Assembly (NCBI GenBank): GCA_013265495.1
Contig: MU058009.1
Span: forward strand, 808,001-872,000
Length of the DNA stretch: 64,000 bases
Source of the DNA: Vicugna vicugna
Taxonomy: Eukaryota
Reading direction: 5' to 3'
In this document: piece after piece, positions 14,724-27,730 of the stretch
How positions within the stretch are numbered: position 1 is the first letter of the stretch
Layout: the number at the start of each line of letters is the position of its first letter
Translations under genes and position numbers: made by a program
The notes under the pieces: generated by a model
Databases searched by the model: none
What the model was told of the DNA's origin: nothing
Seen by the model: only the letters and a program-made list of their open reading frames with translations

Positions 14724-16200
14724 AACATGACTCATATCCACTATCTTCATTGCTACTTTACTTTCTTTTTTTTATAATCAGAAAATGAAATTTTAAAAAG
14801 AAGAAGAAGAGGCAAAGAAGGCAAAGAAAGGAGAAGGAAATTTTGTAATACTAACAGAGCTGGTAAAAGTTCAGCTGGCTGTATTAATGGTGTTTGGGTT
14901 ACTTGGTGTAAACAAATTACACAACAGGGTAGAGAAAAAATGGTAAAAATAATGACTCAGGAATCAATTGTGATGTACTTTGAAGAATGCAACCATATCA
15001 GAGGCTGCTTGAGAGAAACTTTGTCTTACTATTTAATATGGGAAAAATGGTGGGTTCCAAACTACAGACTAGGACAATTGACAATTACCCCCAGAAGCTC
15101 ATATACATGTGCTTAACATGGGAGACAATTTGAATCACAATTTGAATTGAATTTAGGTTGTTAGGCAATTTAGTCATTCTGATTTTAAGTCATTTTAAAA
15201 ACAAACCCAGGATTAAATGGGTGGTTGATAAAGTCATACTTTAGGTTTAGTGCATTTTCACCTGCAGCTAGATTTTTAGCAGAATTTACTGTGATGTTCT
15301 CTTGGATAATATGGCCAGTATGGGCTGTGGATCACACACTGGGTTCGTGTTCATTGAGCAACTGCACCTAAAGCAGGCCTGCTTGGTTGGTGACGCACAA
15401 AAGAAAGAGCTTAAAGACTTCAGGGCCAGGTGGGCCTGAGGTACCAGACCAGTTCCATGGCCACGTTTGTGGCTTTCAACAAGCTGCTTAATTTCTGTTC
15501 AACTTTCAATAGGGATGGTTACTTTACATGGAAAAACAATTTTAAAAAGCATGATAACTGCTCTTTTGCCCCTTAGGGGAGTGGTGTGACCCTCTCCTAA
15601 CAGGATGGCTTTCTGTTCTTCTGTTTAGCAAAATGCCTTGCTCGTAGGTGTGAAAGAGGAAGCTCTGAGAACATGAAATTCTGGAAGAAGACCATGAAAT
15701 GAAGAGACAGTTAAATTGCTTTGACAGTTAAATTGCTTTGCATGAGTGCTAACACTTATTTGAGGAAGCAAAAAATTAAAAGAAGGGGAGACTTCTGAGG
15801 ACAGGAGACAGGGCCAAGCAACTTGAGAGAAGTTCCGGTGTCTGTGGGAAGGGTTCCAGAAAAAAATGCTGGACAATGAGGATTTCCTGGTGGTGGGGGT
15901 GGCTGGAGGAATTATAGCACGATTCATATTTAAAATTAATTCTGGATAGTGTTGCAATGTAATGGCCATTTGCTACATAAAAATGTCTTCTAAGGATAGA
16001 GTTTTAGGGAGTAAAGGGACTGTCAGTGTGTGAGTCAGCTCTGGGACAACCAGAGGGAAACAGTCATGGGAGGGTAGGTGCACCTTCAATAGGAATAGTT
16101 AATTAAAAACACAGACAACCACGAGAAGGTGCATTTAAGGTGTGCGCAAAAATCTTACAGAGGATATTGAGCTTCTTATTAAAGATGAGAATAGTGGTCA
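11050..16200 (+). mobile_element. Fragmented CR1/L3 LINE (pieces ~11050-11950, ~14840-15380, ~15900-16200) interrupted by L1, MIR and other insertions
   Basis: L3-like segments aaggagggaactg..ttaattctgacc, gggaaaaatggtgggttccaaactacagact, tgatgttctcttggataatatggccagtatgggct in collinear order. Confidence 0.6.
12900..14760 (+). mobile_element. Old L1M ORF2 fragment containing a younger antisense L1 3' end (~13605-13945) and a long poly(A) (~14687-14719)
   Basis: A-rich L1 ORF2 texture (catgaccaagtaggatt, aaaatgtttgatgacaatcaata); nested ttttgattgaagtatagtc... artiodactyl-type L1 tail. Confidence 0.8.
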
Positions 16201-16939
16201 AAGTTAATTTTATGTAAGTCTCAAAGGACACGGTGACCTCAGCTGACACCTAGATTGAATGTGTAATTGCCTCAATTCTCTTTTTCACTGCGCCTCTGGA
16301 GAAACGTCTTGAAAGTCAAGCTTGCGGAACAATTACAAACACGTTCCTGTTATTCATACAGCTCAGACTTCTGATTTTTTTCTTTATTATTTCACTGAAG
16401 CGCCCGAACTATTTCATGTTGAAAGTGACAAAGGTAATATGCCTGTTGCAGACATCTGTTTCTCCACCTACATTAACTCGTTGAATTTGACCCTGATACA
16501 CCAGAAGAGAGTCTGGAACTAGTTTCATAAATCGGAGAGACGTTCATGTTTCATGTGGTTCCTTTAGTAAAAAGCTGGAGTGATTCAAAACTCATGGTCA
16601 CGAAATGCCAAAGCAAAATACACGCCAAGCCACTGCCTCCAAAGATTTTCTTGAGGTTTCTAATTGGTAGTTAAAGACACACGCTTCTAAACTGAAAATC
16701 CTATAGAAAGGTGGCCTCAGAACATCCCATGGGCCAGGCTGTCTGACTCCTCCTGTGCTTAATCTTCCATCTGGCAAGCCACAACTTCAGCCCCTAGACT
16801 CTGTGTCGGTAAACTTTCTTCCTGTATTTTCTTTATTGATGTGGTACCACGGCATAGAAATGCATTTCCAAATTAAAGGAAAGATGGAATTGACACTCTA
16901 ACCGCCTTAGAATAGTTTCTGCTTTACTAGATTCTGAAC

Positions 16940-17950
16940 TATTTTCTCCCTCAAGTTATTCGAATGTGAGCCGAGGTGTGAACAAGGCAGGAATGAGAAT
17001 CAATAATTAAGCCTGTTCTCTTTATGTCCACTATGCTGGGAAATCCATTTCTTTTTCTCAGCCTGATCATTATTTAGCATTTATCCAATACCCTCCAGCC
17101 AGGTCTCCACAGCAGTAGAATGAAGCTTCAGTAAAAATGAAACAAAAACACGTATTAAAACAACCCACTTAGCCTGTTTCCGTAAGGGTATTTTATTGTC
17201 TTGGAATGCTCACGTCCTGGAAGAAGAGGCTGGGGCAGCAAAAGAGGGAAGATATTTTGCTATGTTTTCTTGGATGTGAAATGTCTTACTCCAGCCCATG
17301 GGGCCACTATCATGTGTGACCACTGAAAAAAAAAAAGGAACAAGAGCCTCTGGAGAGACGCTGATTCTGGTTTCTCCAGTCCGCCTTGCTCACCTGTCGC
17401 TCCCCCAGTGTGATGAGTCGCTGCGCCCTCACCGATCAGGAGCAGGTCACAGCAAATGAGAAGCGCCTCGTGAGGTTAGGTCCAGAACGCGGAAAACTTG
17501 AGAATGCACCACAGAACCTTGCCGACAGACTGTCCAAGGACCCAGTTATGGGTGGTAGCAATAGTCCCCAAAGGACAAAAGGAAAATCATGACCTGACCA
17601 AGAGGTGGTACTCGTTTATTCCCTGGTGCCTGGACGGTGAGGTGTCCTGGGAGCTCCAGTCGTCTGAGCTCGCTGCTTCCGAGCTGAACGCCTTAATGCA
17701 GCGTGGGGAAATTGTCACAGCTGGAGAAAAACCCCGCTTACAACATTGTTTTTCCCCAGAAGGCTGCAAATCATCAGAAAAATGATGCCTCTCCCTTGAC
17801 CTCCCAGGCTGAGGTGCTGTCCAGCCACAATTGCAGGTACCGATTTAACGGCTCTGTGGATATTCTGTTCCGAGAAGAAACGGGGCCAATTCTGCACGTA
17901 ATCCAAATGTCTGTTGTGGCCATTACCATTCTTTGAGACTAACCCTGTCC
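16940..17950 (-). pseudogene. Probable class A (rhodopsin-like) GPCR pseudogene
   Basis: Minus strand across frameshifts: TM1 IIFLMICSLLGKNNVV (17786-17739); TM2 HLLV..FPFVL (~17607-17571); ECL1 HNWVLGQSVGK (W ~17544, cf. WxxGxxxCK); TM3 FCGAFSSF...NLT..LLICCD (~17448). Weaker TM6-like KQAKWVVLIRVFVSF (~17180) and TM7/H8-like SHSCL...NLREKI (~16995-16945). Candidate acceptor ttctcttag at ~17950. Confidence 0.55.
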
Positions 17951-18109
17951 TAAGAGAATCAGGCTTGCTGACCTTTTCACACTGGATGTTTAAATCTCCT
18001 AAAACATCTTTACTTTGTGTTTTTGCTTGCTTGCCTCTCATTCTGTCTTCATGTATGTGAAATTTGGCTTCCATCGACAGCAGCCTATGAAAAGTAAGTC
18101 ACCAGCATC

Positions 18110-18775
18110 CTGCAGGGTTTAGTAAGGTCTTCTCTCCCTCCTCTCTAGTCCACTTTCCCAGCTCTCCTCCCTCGCCAGCCCCTGCTCAGCCTGTATCCTC
18201 GACGCCTTCTCCTACTAAAGCCCGTATGATTTAGATGTTTGTTCGCATCCCTTCTTCCTTCTCATTCTATCCATTTTCTTGATGATCTCATCCATTTCAC
18301 CTTATTTTTTTCCGAATGGCATTTCCATCGACTCCACGCCTCAAACTCAGCCTGTCCCAACCACATTCCTCATCTTTCCAGCCTCCATTCCCGTGTCTCC
18401 TCACTCAGTGGCTGCCATCCCAAGTGCATCGCGCAGTCTCAGTATGCCCTTGACTCTGACTGCTGTGCCACTCAATTGCTGTCCTCCCAGCAAGGTCCTC
18501 GCCCTTTCCAGTTACAAACCCTCTCTTCCTCCTGCGAAAACCGAATGAATTTTGTGATTATTGTGGTTACCGTGTGGACCAAGCCCTCCTTCGTAGTATT
18601 TGTGGTTCACACAACACGTTAGAGTTCACATATTCGAATCTGCCGTTTCACGATTTCTATCTTTCTCCCTCTTCCGTGAATCTCATTGAGGGTCATGGAT
18701 TATTTGCAATTGTGTCCACAAAGTTCTAACACGCTACATTGTATGCAGTAGGTATGCAAGAAATCATTGTGGGTT
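18110..18775 (+). mobile_element. L2 fragment
   Basis: Pyrimidine-rich L2 texture (gatgatctcatccattt, actccacgcctcaaactcagcctgtccc) ending in tgcagtaggtatgcaagaaat. Confidence 0.6.
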
Positions 18776-19269
18776 CCTAGAAGTCTTCCAATATTTCTCT
18801 TCAGTAGCCCAATGATCCAATCATGCCACTTCTAAACAATGCTTTCTCTTGTTCTAAGGACCAAGCGTAGGAGGTCTGTACAGGAGTTTTGTGTTTGATG
18901 ATCAGCAGGATTAAAAACATTGACAACAGTTGCAGAGTCTACGGAAATGTTTACAATGGGTGTCTATAAAAGCAACGCTCATTACCCTCATTTAAACAGA
19001 CGACGTGTCATGCCACCCAGTAATAATGATTCATTAACAGTAACACGTGTTAAATGAGTTTTGCTATGAATTTAACTCGATGTGATTTTCTTGATTACAC
19101 TACCAGAATATTCATATGCGTTTCATTGTCATAAATTGTTTCCACTTTCACAGGGTTGTCTATCCAGAATTTTAAAATAAATTAGTGAAATTGTGCTGAG
19201 CAGGATCTTCAGTGTCCTGGGTTTGCCAGAGCTACAAATGAGTTGCAGTCATTAAAGAGACTGTAATGT

Positions 19270-21060
19270 TGTGTTTTTAAGTGAGTGTGCTGTAAAATTA
19301 ACTTTTGTGTGAAGAGTTCTATGAGTTTTAACACATGTGTATGTTCATGCAGCCCCTCCCCCACTCAAAACAGGTCTATCAATCAAACACTTCATCCCCT
19401 GTGCCGCCCTTTTGCAGTTAAACCCCCCTCCGCCAGCTCCTAGTAGCCATTTATCTATTTCTAGGAACTACAGTTTTTCATTTTCCAAAATGTCACGTGA
19501 ATAGAATCATGCAACTTTTTGAGGCCGGATTCTTCACGCAGACGCTGCAGGTTGTGAGAGCATCAGCAGTCACTCCCTTTTTATTCCTGAGTCATGTTCC
19601 CTTGCACAGATGCACCTCAGTGTGTTACATGTATCTGCTGAAGGGCGCTTGAGGTATTCCTCGTTTTGGGCAGTTCTGAATGAGCCGCTATAGACACTCA
19701 TGTACAGGTGTTTATATGAACCTAAGTTTTCATTTTTCTAGAGTAAAACACAGGGGTGTAATTTCTGGGTCATGTGGTGATTATATGCTTTTTTTTAAAC
19801 TTTTTTATGGAGTTATAGTCATTTTACAATGTGTCAAATTCCAGTGTACAGCACAATTTTTCAGTTATACATGAGCATATATATATTCATTGTCACATTT
19901 TCTTTTCTCTGTGAACTACCACAAGATCTTGTATATATTTACCTGTGCTGTACAGTATAATCTTGTTTATCCAGTCTACATTTTGAAATCCCAGTATGTT
20001 TTAAGTTTACAGGAAACTGCCAAACTCTTCTCCTGAGTGGATGTGCCTTTGCGTGCACCCAGCACCAGTGTGTGAGTTCTCATTGTTCTGCATCCTCACC
20101 AGTACTTGATATTGTCAGTTTCATTACAAAAATGTTATTTTTAATAAGTGCATTAGTGTCTCACGATGGTTTTAATTTGCATTTCCCCAGTGTCTAGTGA
20201 CCTAGAGTACCTATTCATGTACTTACTCGCCAACCAAAATCTTCTTTCGAGACATGACCGATCAAATCTTTTACCTGTTTGTTTTTTTGACTAAGTTATT
20301 TGTTTTCTTTTTGTTGAGTCTTGAGATTTCTTTATATGTCCCAGATACAGGCACACCGTGGGGACAATGTGGGTGAGATGTGTGGGTTAGACCACCAGTT
20401 CATATAAAAGTTATGTTTACGCTATACTATAGTGTATTAAATTATGTCTAAAGATGTACATACCTTAATGAAAAAATAATACTATTGGAAAATGGCACTG
20501 ATAGACCTGTTCTATGCAGGGTTGCCACAGCCCTTCAATTTGTAAAAAATGCAATAACTGCAAATCTCAATAAAATTAAGTGCAATAAACTGAGCTATGC
20601 CTGTACAAATACTTTGTCAAACATAGGAATTGCACATGTATCTTGTCTTTTAATTTTCTTAACAGTGTCTTTTGCAGAATTACTTTTTTATTTTGCTGAA
20701 ATTTAATCCCCTTTTTTTCTTTTATGGATTGTACCCTCAGATCATATTTTAAAACCATTTACCTAAGATGAAAAGTGTAAAGGTTCTAGCCTTTGTTTTC
20801 TTCTCAAAGTTTTAAAGCTCTATGTTTTACAAATAAACTTGTGAGGTGTAATGTATAGGTTTTAGTTCTTTTTCTTTTTAATACAAGGATGTCTGATTGC
20901 TCAAACTCTACTTCTTGAAAAAGGTTATCCTTTCCCTCACTAAATAGTTTTTGTATTTTTATCATAAATTAATTTATCGTGTTTGTGTGAATACATACCT
21001 GGATCCTCCAATCTGTTCAATCAATCAGTGTCTATTGATACCACACCACCTTGGTTACTG
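19270..21060 (-). mobile_element. L1M fragment with nested young L1 (19790-19994) and Tigger derivative
   Basis: L1 3' region (aggaaactgccaaact, ttttaatttgcatttccc). Confidence 0.85.
20348..20603. mobile_element. Tigger1-derived internally deleted DNA transposon
   Basis: TIRs caggcac...ctatgcctg flanked by TA dinucleotides. Confidence 0.8.
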
Positions 21061-21129
21061 TACACGGTAGTTTTTCACTTTATTTACTCTCTGACATTTT
21101 ACAGGAAAAAAATAAGTTTGTTGACCTCT

Positions 21130-22060
21130 GCTTTAAGCCAGAAAACACAGTTCAACGTACAAAGCATAGTCACAAAAGAAATTGGCAAATTGCACTTTAT
21201 CGAAATTAGGAACTGTGCCCTTTAAATGATAATGTTAGGAGGATGAGAAAAAGTCACAGACTGGGAGGAAATCATGGCAAGCCACATATATGATAAAGGA
21301 CTTGTGTTTATAATATATAAAGAGCTCTCAAGCTCAATAACAAGAAAACTCAGTAAAAAATCTGACAATGAAATGGGTAAAATAGATGTGCATGACAAAT
21401 AAGCACATGGAAACATGATGAGCAGCGTTAGTTGTTAGGGAAAGGTGAATCAAATCCATGAGCTATCACTGCATATCTAGTAGAATATCTAACATTAAAG
21501 ACTGTATCAAATATTGGCAAGGATGTGAAAGAATTAGAACATTTATGCATTGCTGGGAGGGATATAAAGTGGTGCACATATTTTGGAAAAGAGTTTGGAA
21601 GTCTCTTTAAGAAGATAAACAGATCTACCATTCAACTCAGTCTTTTGACTAGTACTGATACATAAATATGACAAAAATTTAAAAAAAATTATACAAAGAC
21701 TGGTACAGAATTGGCTGTAACAGCTTTATTTGTAATTGCCCCAAACTGTCCATCAACAGGTGACTGGATAAACAAATTGTGTTTTATCCGTATACTGGAA
21801 TACTATTAAGCTGTATAAAAGGATGGACTACTGATACATGAGACAGCAAGGATAAATCTCAAAATAATTAGGCTGAGTGAAAGAATTCAGGCAAAATAAG
21901 AGCACACACTTATGATTCTGCATATGTGAAATTTTAGAAAACAAACTAAAATGTATAGTGGTTCAATGCAGACCAGTGTTTGTCTAGGGTTACTGGAAAG
22001 GTAGATGGAGAGGGAGGAATTACAAAGGAGTGCAAGGAAACATTTTAGGTTAATGAAGGT
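21130..22060 (+). mobile_element. L1M ORF2 C-terminus/3'UTR
   Basis: gactgggaggaaatcatggcaagccacatatatgataaaggact, tgtccatcaacaggtgactggataaacaaattgtg. Confidence 0.85.
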
Positions 22061-24978
22061 GTTAGTTACATCGGTTAAAGAAAAAACGTGGAATTTAATG
22101 ATGAAAACATCACAACAGTCCCGGCCGCCCAGAGCAACTTAATAATTTTGATAATACTTGCTGGTTGTTTACAACATGCCTCTGTTAACGTTAGCTTTTC
22201 TTTTTTTTTAACCTAAAATGATTTCCCTCTGTATCCTAATCATTGCACATGAAAAAAATAGCATATTTTTACAAAGCTGAGATTGAATACTAAGTGTCTA
22301 ATTTTTAATTTGTTTGAAGTTCCAGTAATATTTAGGTTTATTTCTCCTCTATTGTAGAATGTGTCAAGTATGACCTCATTGCTATTATGATCCTTATTAA
22401 ATTGTAGTTATTTGAGAGCTTAGAAAACCACATTTTCTGAGATTTTGCAATTATCTCTAGCATAACAAATGTAGTCTATTAACATCTACTGAACAGACAA
22501 ATATGAGAATGCATCCATCTGTGAAAATTTCAAGGCAGGCGCTACATGAATGCTGGGCAAGGAATTTTGCACAGTGCCAGTTTCAATAGGGGGTCTAGTT
22601 AGATATTTTTTAGGGTATTTTTAATTTCTAAAATGCTGCAATATTCTGAAAAATTTGTTATTTCTTCTTTTGTAATATTATGATTTTTAACTAAAATTAT
22701 CCCTGAAGTTTACTCCTATTTTTAACTTTCTATTATCTAATTATTCAATAGAGAGTTAAAAACACGTTCCCTCAGAGATTCCCCGCTGGTGCTTACACAG
22801 AGTGTCCCAGAAGATACTTAGGAGAGAGAAGCGCCCAAGAAAAAAGAAAGTGATGCATGGAATAGGCTTTCTTATAAACATGTTTTAAAAATATTATGTA
22901 TGAAAAAAAATACTAAGAATGTTTTTATCACTGTTTGCTTTACTATGCTGTTGTTTGCCTTTTAAGAAATGGGGTGTGATCATGAAGAACGCTGAGGTGC
23001 TGCCCGGCTGACCACCTGATGCATGGATAAACGACATTCAGTTTGTGCACTGACGCACTGGCCGCATTTACAAACTAACTATCACATTGATGTATGTGGT
23101 CTGTTTTGTCTCTGCTGGCCCATCTTGTGCACAGGGTCTTATTTTTTACATATATTGTGATACTGAATCATCTTGTTTATTCTTGTTTTTAATAAAATCT
23201 CTCTCTCTCTAATTTTGATTTTTTCTATGATAGAATCAACAGAAACCCCAAGCGAATCAAATTTTTATCACTCCTCACAGTAATTAAGTACTCTGTGATG
23301 CCACTCCCTGCCACCTGCTTTCACTCATTTGCATGTTGTATCTTAGGGTCTTTTATTGGTGTTTCATCAATAATACATTTTTATTTGTAATAAATTCTGT
23401 GTTCCAAAATTTGGGAAATGCTGACTTAGTCAAGCAATTACTTGTGTGACTATTTGATTAATGTTTCTATCTTTCTCAAGAAAATAAGTTTCCAATCATG
23501 CTCCAGGTCTATTTTTTGCTCAATATTTTTTCTCTAGTATTTTTTTCAGTTTCTGATGTATGAAATACAAAAACAAAACAAAACAAAACAAAACAGAATC
23601 GTGGATTAATATCCATATAATCAGAAACTAGTAATTTATGCCACTAAGTTAACAAGAATTTCTATTATTCTGTTATGTATCAAGTCTAACAATGTACTAT
23701 GAAAAAGTCCTTTTACCACTGACATGTTTGTACCATTAGTTATGGGTTGTTTCAATTTCAGCCAGCAATCTATCTGTCTGATCGATAAGGAATTACATAG
23801 CCCACTAATTGAGTATGTTATCTATTTTCTGCCTTGTCCTGTATGGCAAACCTTGGTCTGCTGAAAAGGAAATGTTTAAATTGCTTCACTGCTGAAAAGC
23901 TGCCTTTAGTACCTTATAATGAAAAATAATATGTATGTGTGTGTGTGTATATATACACACACACACATAAACATACACACACACACACATATGTATAACT
24001 GAATCACTATGCTGTACACCAGAAACTAATACAACATTGTAAATCAACTATACCTCAATTATTTTCCTATATTTTCCAATGTCATATTATCTTTCTAAAA
24101 TATTTCAACTTCCATTAAATTAAACAAGTTCACAAACATTGTTATAGAGGAGCTAGTCTGCCACTTATGAGTGCAGATAAATGAGATCTGAGAATATATA
24201 GGTTTGTACATTTATATTTTAAACTGTTTGATTTGCCATTTTACTGGTGGCAACTTTTGCCATATTCTGTTCCTTAGAAGTGAGTCACTAAGTTTTTAGC
24301 CCACACTCAAGGAGAGAGGAATTCGTCTCTATCTTTAGAGGGATGGATTGGAAAAGATTTTGTCAACATATTTTAAAACCACCACTTAGAGATACTTACA
24401 AAAATCAACATTTTCAGATAAAAGAAGACACTTTATTTATGAAATAAGTACAGAACACTGTAAGAATGGGATAGTCAGATAACCAGAAGAACCTCCTAAA
24501 AATTAAGGGAAAAAATCACTAATATTATTGCTGCAATGAATACACGCAAAGAGAAGAGATAAAACATTAAAAACTGAGAAAATTGCTCAGAATTTATTAG
24601 GAAAATCTATAAAGATAAAAATTTGGCAAGTAAAGAATAGGAATGTCAGTAATTGACAACAGAGATTCAACATCCAACCAATAGGAGACGCAGGAGGGAG
24701 AAACAGTGGGAAAATGCATATCGACAAAGAAGAAGGAGGAACAACAGAGGGAGTGGAAGGGCGGGAGGAGGAGAAGAGGATGTGGGGAAGGAGAAGGAAG
24801 AAGAGGAAGAGGAAGAAGAAACGCTCCAGATCCAATGAAGTTGTGTTCTCATCAGCAACTCCGAGTGCTCGCTAAATGCGCTCAGAGCAACATGGCAAAT
24901 GACTTCAAACACCTGAGTGAAAATGATGGGCAAACTAAACTACCACAGCCAGAAAACATTCTAATCAAAAGGGATACA

Positions 24979-25297
24979 GGACTCTATGAACTCATCTACA
25001 AAACAGAAACAGACTCGCACACGTAGTAAACAATTTTATAGTTACCGGGGAAAGAGGGTGGGAAGGGATAAATTTGAGAGTTTCGGATTTGCAAATGTTA
25101 GCCGCTATACATAAAAATAGATTAAAAACAAGCTGCTTCTGTATAGCACAGGGAACTGTATTCAATATCTTATTATTACCTTTAATGAAAAAGAATATGA
25201 AAATGAATACATGTGTGTACATGCATGACTGGGACATTGTGCTGTGCACCAGAAATGGACACATTGTAACTGACTATACTTCAATTTAAAAAATTGT
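24979..25297 (+). mobile_element. Young L1 3' end with TSD, inside an older L1 ORF1-like fragment (~24400-25420)
   Basis: tatgaactcatctacaaaacagaaacagactc...gactatacttcaat; TSD aaaag(g/a)gataca at 24967-24978 and 25298-25309. Confidence 0.85.
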
Positions 25298-26089
25298 AAA
25301 AGAGATACAAATATTTTCGAGACATCTGAGGATAAAGACTTTTTATCTTTCACAAGAGTACATTCTGAAAGTAATTATTTCAGGTTGGAGCAGAAGGATA
25401 GGTGTCTCTGGGTGAAAGTATACAGAAAACAGGGGTAAATTAGATGAATATCAAGGTAAGAAAGCAACTGAACCACTATCCTGTACACCAGAAGCTAACA
25501 GAACACTGTAAATCAACTCTACGTCAGTACAAAATAGAGGTTTTGTTAAGCTCTTTTATAAAATTAAAAATAAAAAGCAACCGAGACTTCCTCTTCCACG
25601 AAAGGCAGACTGCAGAGCTTCCAGTGAGAAAAACTAGAAAACCTAGAGGAAAGAATCTGAAGCATTGAGAAGTAACAAAGCATTGAAGAAGTGTGAAGCC
25701 AAAAATCCCTAAGAAGAAAGCCAAGAGAAGTGAGCTTTTAACTAGAGGGACATCTGTGGATTTAAGAAGCATAGCTGGGCAGAGCTTCAGGAGACTCAAA
25801 CGACTTCAGAACAAATGCTGAAGTTCATGGTCTGCAAGTAGCGGGTCCTTGGTGAATCCCATATGCTTTAGGTTAGGACATGGAGGAGCAATACACTGGG
25901 ATTAAGAGTAAATCCTAAATAAACCGGACCTTGCATGGACTGATGCCTAGGTTTTCATCATACACGTCTTTTGCTGGGTTCAGGTGATTTGGACTGCTCC
26001 TTTCTCAGTCACCTGTCAGAAAAAAATGTTCTCAGGTAATATCATTCTAGGCTGCAAATATCTCTGTAATTTTTAATGTACAACCTTCA

Positions 26090-27030
26090 GTATCCTTAAC
26101 CCCAGCAACCACCAATCTGTTCATCATTTCTAAAATTTTGTTATTTCACAAATGTTATGTAAATGGAATCATACAGTATATAACCTTTGGCTTTTTTTTT
26201 TCTCTCAGCATAATCACCTGGGTATACATCATGTGGTTGTGTATGCCAATAGTTAGTTACTTTTCGTTTCTGAATAGCGTTCCACGGAAGCTATGCATCA
26301 CAGTTTAACCCCTCACTGGCTGAAGGACATCTAGGCTGTTCCCAGTTTTTGGTTATTCTCAATAAAGCTGGTGGAAACAGGCATGCATAGGTTTTTGTCT
26401 GAGTATGTTTCCATTTCTCTGGAATAAATGCCCAAGAAGGCAATTACTGGGACACAGAGTAATTAAATGCTTAATTTTATAGGAAACTGCCAAACTTTTC
26501 TAGAGTGACTGTACCATTTTGCATTCCCACCAGCAACGTAGAAATGGTCCTGTTTCTCCACATCCTTGTCAGCATTTGGTGTTGTCACTCTTTTTGTTTA
26601 AACTATTCTGATCGGAGTATGGTGATATCACGGTTTTTAATTTGCATTTCCCCGAAGGCTAATATGTAGAGCATCTTTTCATGTGCTTATTTGCTCATTT
26701 TTAAATTTTTTTCACTGCAGAATTTTAAGAACTCTTTATATGTTCTAGATACAAGTCCTTTGTTAGAGATTTGGCTTGCAAATTATTTTCTCTGAGTTTC
26801 TAGCTTGCCTTTTCATACTCCTGACGTGGGCTTTTGCAGAACAAAGTTTTCATTTTGATGAGGTTCAATTTATCAGTTTTTCCAATGTCAAATCTGAGAA
26901 CTCTTTACTTAGTCCTAGAACCGGAAATTGTTCTCTTACTTTTTTTTTTCTAAAATCTTTATAGTTTTACCTTTTACATTAAGTCTGTAATCCATTTTGA
27001 GTTAATTTTTGTATGAGAAGAACTGATCCT
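26090..27030 (-). mobile_element. L1M 3' fragment
   Basis: aatggaatcatacagtat, aggaaactgccaaact, cattttgagttaatttttgtat. Confidence 0.85.
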
Positions 27031-27239
27031 TTTTATTTTAGGTCCTCCTCTGTATAAATTCAATTGTAAAATATGGCAGTTTACATCTTTGATTTTCAAA
27101 AGAACAAGTTCACATGTACATACGTTAAAAAAAAGGTAGTAAAAAGTGATAAAATATTTGATGCTATCATACTTTGTGCCTTTGTTTTTGCTATGCCAGT
27201 TGCTGGAAATACTTAATACTTTCCTTTCTATCATCTTCA

Positions 27240-27730
27240 TTTTCTTTAAAATTTGGCTTCAAGTCTTGTTTTCTCCAGGAAGTCTTCCTTGATCACCTCT
27301 TCTAAATGGAGATCCTCCCTCCTTTCATGTTCTATGGCATTCATTTGTTCAGTTAGTGCTACATGCAACTTGACTCAAGCCTTGTTTCACTTCTCTTAAT
27401 ACACAGTGCCCCCCCCCACCACATGGCCTTTGCACATGCTGTTCTCTCAGTTGTAATCCCTCCTGACCCATCAGTACTCAGGTCAAATATTACTTTCCCA
27501 GAACTGATTAAGTACCCAGTCTTAAGCTTTCATGGAAGTACTTAGTATCCTTGCTAATTAGGATTTATTAGTTTGTTTGACTTTTGTCTTCTCCAGTGGA
27601 CTGTAATCCCCATGAGGGAGGAACTCTTTGGTCACGCTTGTATACTATATACACAGCACAATGCCCAGGAAGTAATTGCTACTCAATAAATGTTTCTTGG
27701 AGAAAAAAATAGTGAATGAATGAATTTTTG
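27240..27730 (+). mobile_element. L2 3' end
   Basis: ggcctttgcacatgctgttc ... ctcaataaatgtt...gaatgaatgaa. Confidence 0.75.

Larger units (their letters stand above)
18880..23100 (+). pseudogene. Possible semaphorin-like (Sema C-term/PSI/Ig) gene remnant split by an L1 block
   Basis: Collinear short motifs: MFTMGVYKS (18947), HYQNI (19098), FSVL (19208), FNDENITTV (22094), VPV...VY.SS.VECVKYD-PHCYYDP (22319-22394, PSI-like, needs a 1-nt indel), ECP (22800), RLTT...C (~23004-23045). Several AG-acceptor-like sites. Very degenerate. Confidence 0.33.

Noticed and set aside
16400..16432. 33-nt AG...GT flanked mini-exon candidate
   Set aside because: No recognisable peptide and no linked exons
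17388..17396. CAG/GTGAGC splice donor on the minus strand
   Set aside because: GPCR-like sequence seems to continue past it and no partner exon was identified; not used as an exon boundary
17890..18010. VLGDLNI...GHNRHLDYV resembling a LINE endonuclease motif
   Set aside because: Spacing is too short, there is no other LINE context, and the downstream sequence fits a GPCR better; treated as chance
24587..25026. ORFs rich in E/R/S
   Set aside because: Translations of a purine-rich simple repeat within L1 sequence
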